This document shows, piece by piece, positions 26,633 to 32,000 of a stretch of 32,000 nucleotides of DNA. The notes beneath the pieces are model-generated. The model searched no databases and was not told the origin of the DNA. It saw only the letters and a list, made by a program, of their open reading frames with translations. Source of the DNA: Candidatus Brocadia sp. GTDB lineage: Bacteria > Planctomycetota > Brocadiia > Brocadiales > Brocadiaceae. The stretch spans positions 3,330,001-3,362,000 of the forward strand of contig CP091279.1 of NCBI GenBank assembly GCA_021650915.1, in the 5' to 3' direction. A program made the translations under genes and the position numbers. Within the stretch, counting starts at the first letter, position 1. Every line of letters begins with the position of its first letter.

Positions 26633-26857
26633 ATGAAAGCAATAAAGAAGCTCGCAAAGGTTGAAAAGGACAAAAGTATAACAATCAAGCTTCTCCCTTT
26701 TAAACCCGGAAGCAAGGTTGAGGTGATCGTATTTCCAGCAGGCAAGGAGGAAGATGTTTTCAGTTTCATGGATAAAGTTGTGAAGGAAAAAAAGATTGCG
26801 CCCATGAGCCTGAAACAGATTGAAAAGATAGTACATGAATCACGGGCAGTAAAATGA
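26633..26857 (+). CDS. Putative antitoxin (AbrB/SpoVT-like) of the downstream PIN gene
   Basis: 74 aa with a strong RBS (AAGGAGG). Overlaps the PIN gene start by 4 nt (ATGA). SITIKLLPFKPGSKVEVIVFP resembles a swapped-hairpin barrel strand pair. Confidence 0.45.
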   Translation: MKAIKKLAKVEKDKSITIKLLPFKPGSKVEVIVFPAGKEEDVFSFMDKVVKEKKIAPMSLKQIEKIVHESRAVK

Positions 26858-27257
26858 AGAAACAGATAGTGCTTGATACCAATGTCCTGATATCGGGCTA
26901 TCTGTGGAAAGGCAAGCCCCGTCAGGCAATACAGGTGATTAAGTCTGGAGATTTCGTCTGTTGTATTGTACGGATTCTCTGGATGAGCTTGTCAGGATAT
27001 TGTCGTCAAAGTTCACTCTTGCAGCATCAGAAATATACAAAATCATATTGGATATCAAGAGCATTGGCAGGAGAATTACCATATCTTCAAAAGAGCATCC
27101 AATTAGTGATGACCCCTCAGATAATCTGTTTGTAAATCTGGCTATGGATGGGAATGCTAAAATTATTGTAAGTGGTGATTCCCACCTTTTGAGACTTAAA
27201 AAATATAAAGGCATAGATATTATAACAGTTGCTGAATTTGTAAAACGATTCTTGTAA
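26854..27257 (+). pseudogene. PIN-family TA toxin (TIGR00305-like), frameshifted
   Basis: Piece 1 reads MKKQIVLDTNVLISGYLWKGKPRQAIQVIKSGDFV. Piece 2, in another frame, reads (L)YCTDSLDELVRILSSKF...ISDDPSDNLFVNLAMDGNAKIIVSGDSHLL. Together they reconstitute the family pattern (DTNV...DpdDn...vTGDkhLL). A 1-nt indel near 26958-26961 separates them. Confidence 0.7.
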
Positions 27258-27662
27258 TTATGTCCCATTTTTATGCAGATAGGTTTCAAAATGCACTTAT
27301 CAGAAGCATGCAAGACAGGTTGAAATTCTGAGGCATGGAATTCAACCCCGAACGCCGGAAAAATGAACTTAGCATCTTATAAAAAATATTCCTGCATCGT
27401 CAGGACAATGGCGGGGGATGAACTACCCGCGCTACAGATTCTGGCTTGCTCAAGTCCATGATATTTGGACATTTGACGCAAAAGTATGACACAAATATTT
27501 CATTTGTTGGCTTTCGCTGTGCCAAACCCTATGAAACTATTCTTGCGACCGTCAATAATATTTACATTACTGTTGACAATTAATTTTACATACATTAACA
27601 TAATAACGTAAACAATAGTGTTGTGATGCCGTAAAAAATAAAATTCTATTTTCGGGAGATAT

Positions 27663-28457
27663 ATGGCTAACTATCATATTTCTAAACATTCAAAATTCAT
27701 CCAACAGATGCGCAAAAAGCGCAATCTGACCCAGGAGTATCTGGCGTCAAAGATTGGTGTTTCCCGGCCTACGTATATCCAAATAGAGCAGGGCGAGAAG
27801 GATTTGACAATTTCCTCAGCGAAAACACTTGCAGATATTTTTGGCATTTCTTTTGATGATTTTATAGGCGGCAAAGAGCCAAGGCATGAGGTTATTTTAG
27901 AAAAAGTGAGTGCAGGTAAAAAAACAGATTCCAGTCTTCAAATCCGCGTAACGCGAAAGAATCTTGATAAATTCAAGCAGGTGTTGCTTTATATTCTGGA
28001 AAAAGTCGGCGGCAAGCCAAATGTCGGTGAAACCGTACTCCATAAACTCCTTTATTTTATTGATTTTGATTATTATGAAAAGTTTGAAGAAAACTTAATG
28101 GGGGCGACTTACATTAAAAATCATCACGGACCGACATCGGTTGAGCTGGGAACAATTTTAAAAGATATGCAGAAAAACGGCGAGATTGAAGCGGTAAAAA
28201 GCAAATATTTTAACCATTTGCAAAAAAAATATCTGCCTGTCAAGCGAGCCGATCTTAATGCCCTCTCGGCACGGGAAATTGGTCATATTGAAGAAGTCCT
28301 GGCTCGTCTTTCTGATAAAAATGCTAAAGAAATAGAAAATTACTCTCACGAAGATATTCCGTGGAAAGCGGCGAAAGAAGGTCAGCCCATTTCTTATGAA
28401 AGTGTGTTCTATCGGGACGAACGTTATTCAGTAAGAAACTATGACGATGACCTTTAA
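27663..28457 (+). CDS. XRE-family HTH fused to a Panacea (DUF4065/SocA-like) antitoxin domain
   Basis: The N-terminus RKKRNLTQEYLASKIGVSRPTYIQIEQGEKDLT is an XRE HTH. The C-terminal region KLLYFIDFDYYEKFEENLMGATYIKNHHGP is the DUF4065 core. RBS GGGAG. Confidence 0.75.
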   Translation: MANYHISKHSKFIQQMRKKRNLTQEYLASKIGVSRPTYIQIEQGEKDLTISSAKTLADIFGISFDDFIGGKEPRHEVILEKVSAGKKTDSSLQIRVTRKNLDKFKQVLLYILEKVGGKPNVGETVLHKLLYFIDFDYYEKFEENLMGATYIKNHHGPTSVELGTILKDMQKNGEIEAVKSKYFNHLQKKYLPVKRADLNALSAREIGHIEEVLARLSDKNAKEIENYSHEDIPWKAAKEGQPISYESVFYRDERYSVRNYDDDL

Positions 28458-28779
28458 TGAATTGCCGGAATTTGCCAAAGAATTTAAGCAGAAGATCAAG
28501 AAGTACAAATCATTGTCGGATGACCTGGAAGAGTTTAAACGCGTACTCACCGTTGAGCCTTTGGGTAACAGTAAACATTTTAATATCATAACAAAGAATG
28601 ATCGCTGCACTGTCGTAAAGGCGCGTTTATTTTGCCGCTATCTAAAGGGTTCTTCTCTGCGGATTATTTACGCTTTCCATTGCAATGATTTGAGGGTTGA
28701 CTTTATCGAGATATATTTTAAGGGCGATAAGGAAAATGAAAACTGCGAAAGGATTAAAGCATATCTAAACAGTTTCTAA
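28441..28779 (+). CDS. Putative toxin partner of the Panacea antitoxin, RelE/ParE-superfamily-like
   Basis: 112 aa. Overlaps the upstream gene by 17 nt. SSLRIIYAFHCNDLRVDFIEIYFKGDKENEN resembles the C-terminal strands of RelE/HigB-type toxins (..YRiiY.......i.lieiy.Ksdkenl). Confidence 0.55.
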   Translation: MTMTFNELPEFAKEFKQKIKKYKSLSDDLEEFKRVLTVEPLGNSKHFNIITKNDRCTVVKARLFCRYLKGSSLRIIYAFHCNDLRVDFIEIYFKGDKENENCERIKAYLNSF

Positions 28780-29009
28780 CCCCACCCACCGCCAAATAAA
28801 ATTGAGTATTGTGAGTTCGGTTGAGTGAAGCGAAAAACCAATAACTTACTATAGACTGACAAGAGAATAATGCTATATCGCAGATCTGCCTGTGCGGTAC
28901 ACGCTGACAGGTCACAAGTAAAAGGGACGGCATTCTTCTTTACCGTAATAACCTGCAAGAGAAATGGCATACAATCCGAAAGTGGGCGTTCTTGTGAAAG
29001 AGGGCGATT

Positions 29010-29294
29010 ATGACTTACCAAGAAATGGAGAATAAAGTAGTTTCCATATTAACAAAGTACAATGTCAAGACAATAGGCATCTTCGGCTCTTATGCCAGAG
29101 GTGTTCAAAGACCGGACAGCGATCTGGATGTCCTGGTGAATTTCAAGGAGAGAAAGAGCCTGCTTACCTTGGTGAGAATAGAACGGGAGCTGTCTGAGAC
29201 CATTGGAGTGAAGGTGGATCTTCTCACAGAACAGTCCATAAGCCCATATCTGATCGACAGGATAAAATCGGAAATGAAGGTGATATATCAATGA
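29010..29294 (+). CDS. MNT-type minimal nucleotidyltransferase antitoxin (MntA-like)
   Basis: 94 aa with GIFGSYARG...DSDLDVLV (GSx10DxD). Has an ATGA overlap with the downstream HepT gene. Confidence 0.85.
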   Translation: MTYQEMENKVVSILTKYNVKTIGIFGSYARGVQRPDSDLDVLVNFKERKSLLTLVRIERELSETIGVKVDLLTEQSISPYLIDRIKSEMKVIYQ

Positions 29295-29620
29295 TCAAGG
29301 ATGGCACCGTATTTTTACGGCACATACTGGATGCAATCAATAAGATTCAGAAATATACAAAAGATATGGATTATGAGGGTTTCAGGGCATCCAGCCTGGT
29401 GCAGGATGGTGTAATACGACAATTGGAGATTATTGGAGAGGCTACAAAGAACCTGTCACAGGAAATTCGGGAAAAACATCCTGATATCCCGTGGAAAGAC
29501 ATGGTAGGGATGAGAGACAAACTGATTCACCAATATTTCGGTGTTGATATAGCCGGGGTATGGGACACATTGGAAGAGGATATCCCGACTCTGAAAAGTA
29601 ATCTGATTAAGCTTTTGTGA
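29291..29620 (+). CDS. HepT/DUF86 HEPN toxin
   Basis: 109 aa with EIIGEATKNL and the Rx4HxY motif (MRDKLIHQYFGVD). Confidence 0.85.
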   Translation: MIKDGTVFLRHILDAINKIQKYTKDMDYEGFRASSLVQDGVIRQLEIIGEATKNLSQEIREKHPDIPWKDMVGMRDKLIHQYFGVDIAGVWDTLEEDIPTLKSNLIKLL

Positions 29621-29902
29621 GAAACGGAATAATAGAGTTAGCGACTCTGTTACAAAAACCATTGCCAAACTTGATAAGGAGACGGAGACATTGGAAGGCG
29701 TCCGGCTCTTGCGGCAAGAGGCAGAAAGGTGAATAGTGACAAGAGGGACACATCCCTATTATCTCAGTTACGATAAAGTACACCCGAAAAGATTATAATT
29801 GGAGAGAAAGGAAATATGGTTTTAAAATCAGTTGAATCTGAAAATACAGAATTCAAATCCAGATGGCGGGATGAGGCGGGAAAAAGGGGTTAGCGCAGAA
29901 AA

Positions 29903-30214
29903 ATGATAATCGTTAAATCAAAAAACAATGTTCCCTTACGACTAACAAAGGAACGATGGAACCATATTATTCTTAGACATCCCGAAATGGATGTGCAAAA
30001 GGAACACGTTTTGGAAACCGTGACTATCCCCGATCTGATTCAGGAGGGGGATTTTGGGGAGTTTCTTGCCGTTAAGTTTTATGAGAAAACACCGCTGACA
30101 TCCAAGTATTTAGTTGTAATATATAAAGAGGTCATAGATACCGACGGTTTTATAATAACAGCGTATTACGCTACGAAACCTTCTGAAAGGAGGAAAATAT
30201 TATGGAAGCGATAA
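29903..30214 (+). CDS. Uncharacterised 103-aa protein, putative toxin-like partner of a DUF2283 protein
   Basis: LRLTKERWNHIILRHPEM...GFIITAYYA. Overlaps the DUF2283-like gene by 13 nt. I recall this family only as an unnamed neighbour of DUF2283 genes. Confidence 0.5.
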   Translation: MIIVKSKNNVPLRLTKERWNHIILRHPEMDVQKEHVLETVTIPDLIQEGDFGEFLAVKFYEKTPLTSKYLVVIYKEVIDTDGFIITAYYATKPSERRKILWKR

Positions 30215-30423
30215 AGATACTTGAGAAGAAAGAGAACCTTAACTGGGACTATGATGAAGAGGCAGATGTCCTTTATATAAGTGTAGGAGAGCCGCAAAAG
30301 GCGCTCGGCGTGGACATCGGGGAAGGCGCTGTTGTGAGATATATTGAGGCTACCGGCGAGGTTGTGGGGCTTACTCTGATAGGAGTTAAAGAAAGGGTGC
30401 TTAGGAGTCTAAAATCTAATTGA
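30202..30423 (+). CDS. DUF2283-family small protein
   Basis: 73 aa. DYDEEADVLYISVGE...GEVVGLTLIG is the DUF2283 pattern. Confidence 0.6.
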   Translation: MEAIKILEKKENLNWDYDEEADVLYISVGEPQKALGVDIGEGAVVRYIEATGEVVGLTLIGVKERVLRSLKSN

Positions 30424-30424
30424 T

Positions 30425-30725
30425 ATGACACTTGCAGTTGACAAACCCATATTAAACAATCCTTTCGAAGAGCCAAAGGAATACTGGATTTATGATGAGG
30501 GTCAGCCAAAAAGGATGCCAGGCAGAAGACCTGGCGGGTTACTATTTTCGCACGGGAAAAAGTCAAAACGAGCAAATAGGACTCTTTGTTTCTGTGGGGA
30601 TGCTTACTGAGGGATGGGATACAAACAAGGTAACACAATTTTTGGTATTTTTTCCCTGTGTAATCTGCGAAATCTGTGGTTCCAAACGTGTTTCCCCGTT
30701 TGCACGAGGACAAGTATTGGTCTGA
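30425..30725 (+). pseudogene. Remnant of a type III restriction enzyme Res / helicase-type subunit (N-terminal ~40 aa joined to a C-terminal helicase motif, with a frameshift)
   Basis: MTLAVDKPILNNPFEEPKEYWIYDEGQPKRMPGRRP is Res-type N-terminus. A frame change gives AGYYFRT...GLFVSVGMLTEGWDTNKVTQ, which is the helicase motif VI region. Hundreds of residues that normally lie between them are absent. Confidence 0.5.
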
Positions 30726-30741
30726 GGCTTAGCCTCGCTAG

Positions 30742-31767
30742 TCATTTATTGGGCTCGATGATAACCTTGATGGAATCCTTTGCCTCAGCAACTAACTTGA
30801 AACCTAAGGCGGTATCGGCAAGACCTAACCTGTGAGTGATCAGCTCACGTACTTTTACCCTGCCCGCACGGATTAGTTCGATGGACGCGGCTGTATCATC
30901 CGGCGGACCGGCGTAAGACATGATGATGGAATTACAATTGCGCCAGAGGTCCCAGAGATTCACGGGAGTTATTGCATTGGGTTCTGTGGGGGCAAAAAAC
31001 AGAATCGTTCCGCCCCGATCTACGGAGTTAAATGCCTGCTGAATAGCCGACGTAGCTCCGGTGCATACGATGACGAGGTCTGCCAACCGTCCGTTATTCG
31101 CCTTGCTTAAACAGGCGGGAACATTCTCTTTTGCGTGAATGGTTATATCTGCCCCGCATTGTTTGGCCATTTTTAAGCGGTAGTCAGTAATGTCTACCGC
31201 ACATATTCTTCCCGCCCCAAGGGCGCGCGCCAGCTGGATGTGAAGGAGGCCGGAGATACCGCTGCCGATAACGAGTATACTCTGTCCCGGATGCAGATTT
31301 GCTTTCTTTTGCCCAAGGAGGGTGCAGGCAAGAGGCTCTGCAAAGGTGCCCTCTTCAAAAGAGACCTCATCCGGCAGGATAAAGGTGCCGCGGTCAACAT
31401 TGATCTGGGGGATACGAAGATATTCAGAAAATCCACCGGGATAAAAATTGGTGGTACGTAAGGTGTCGCACACCGAGTACTGTCCGTTCAGGCAATAGTG
31501 GCAGGTATTGCAGGGCACATGATGGGCAACCGTTACCCGGTCGCCCACCTTGAAACGCGTAACTCCTTCACCGATAGCAACGATTTCTCCTGCAATTTCG
31601 TGTCCTAATACCAGGGGGGCTTTTTTGATGCGATACCATTCCATGACATCGCTTCCGCAGATACCGCTTGCCCGTACCTTTACCAGCAATTCGCCTGAAC
31701 CGATGTGCGGAGTTTGCATCTCTTCGATCCTGACATCCCTGTTGTTGTAATACATTGCTACGCGCAT
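30742..31767 (-). CDS. Zinc-dependent alcohol/polyol dehydrogenase (MDR family, sorbitol/threonine dehydrogenase-like)
   Basis: Catalytic Zn motif GHEIAGEIV, structural Zn cluster CNTCHYCLNGQYSVC, Rossmann GSGISG. Confidence 0.9.
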   Translation of the reverse strand: MRVAMYYNNRDVRIEEMQTPHIGSGELLVKVRASGICGSDVMEWYRIKKAPLVLGHEIAGEIVAIGEGVTRFKVGDRVTVAHHVPCNTCHYCLNGQYSVCDTLRTTNFYPGGFSEYLRIPQINVDRGTFILPDEVSFEEGTFAEPLACTLLGQKKANLHPGQSILVIGSGISGLLHIQLARALGAGRICAVDITDYRLKMAKQCGADITIHAKENVPACLSKANNGRLADLVIVCTGATSAIQQAFNSVDRGGTILFFAPTEPNAITPVNLWDLWRNCNSIIMSYAGPPDDTAASIELIRAGRVKVRELITHRLGLADTALGFKLVAEAKDSIKVIIEPNK

Positions 31768-31812
31768 AGTGTTTTTCCCGTTATAAAAATCGCATAAACT
31801 AGAGAAAAATGT

Positions 31813-32000
31813 CTACTTTTTCTTCTCATTCTTCACGGAATGAAACAGGTCGCTGGCCTGTTTAACGGTCGCATTTTCATGGATGATGGCGCGCAGCGCC
31901 CTGATCATGGCTACCGGGTGTTCGTTTTGCCAGATATTTCTGCCCAGGTTTACCCCAATAGCGCCTTTGTTCATCCCATCGTGAACAAACTCAAACACTT
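31813..32000 (-). CDS. Class I aldolase (DhnA/FbaB/LsrF/ADH-synthase family), C-terminal ~60 aa; gene runs off the window
   Basis: GAIGVNLGRNIWQNEHPVAMIRALRAIIHE matches the C-terminal helix region of DeoC/LacD-type class I aldolases. The frame stays open to the window edge. Confidence 0.6.
   Translation of the reverse strand, partial: VFEFVHDGMNKGAIGVNLGRNIWQNEHPVAMIRALRAIIHENATVKQASDLFHSVKNEKKK

Noticed and set aside
1-32000. CRISPR arrays, tRNA, rRNA or tmRNA genes
   Set aside because: I found no regularly spaced short direct repeats and no tRNA-like T-arm or acceptor pattern in the intergenic regions I read. This check was by eye only, so tRNAscan or CRISPR detection tools should confirm it.

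Overview
32-kb bacterial chromosomal window. I found no rRNA, tRNA or CRISPR array. The gene content and a palindromic 'cattgcgag...gaagcaatc' repeat family remind me of Planctomycetota or anammox-type genomes, but I cannot verify that here. Layout: (1) 1-4.7 kb, minus strand, housekeeping: mcsB (5' part only, runs off the window), mcsA, an HPS/RraA-like fusion, queD and mutL. (2) 5.1-11.9 kb, an accessory segment bracketed by an inverted pair of ~235-bp repeats (5110-5349 and 11636-11864). It holds four plus-strand genes for unrecognisable helical or envelope proteins: a lipoprotein, a 118-aa helical protein, a coiled-coil 4-TM protein and a 2-TM protein. It also holds a decayed IS1634-family element, a 5'-only RAYT/IS200-like stub next to a nested perfect inverted repeat, and an SMR exporter behind a consensus sigma70-type promoter. 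(3) 12.0-20.3 kb, minus strand: a UPF0104 flippase-like membrane protein tightly coupled to a MacAB/DevBCA-type exporter (adaptor, ATPase, two FtsX-type permeases), then uvrA. (4) 21.0-30.7 kb: an island that looks AT-richer by eye and lies entirely on the plus strand, opposite to both flanks. It is packed with toxin-antitoxin modules: DUF3368/UPF0175, a decayed MNT/HepT, an AbrB-like antitoxin with a frameshifted PIN, XRE-Panacea with a RelE-like toxin, an intact MNT/HepT, and a DUF2283 pair. It also carries restriction and other gene debris. Its centrepiece is a stand-alone 1252-aa protein with an N-terminal SIR2 NADase-type domain and a ~950-aa unassignable helical C-terminus. (5) 30.7-32 kb, minus strand: a Zn-dependent alcohol dehydrogenase and a partial class I aldolase. 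The best candidate for an undescribed system is the SIR2 giant protein, a DSR-like single-gene defence candidate. The second candidate is the four-gene envelope cluster inside the repeat-bracketed segment.
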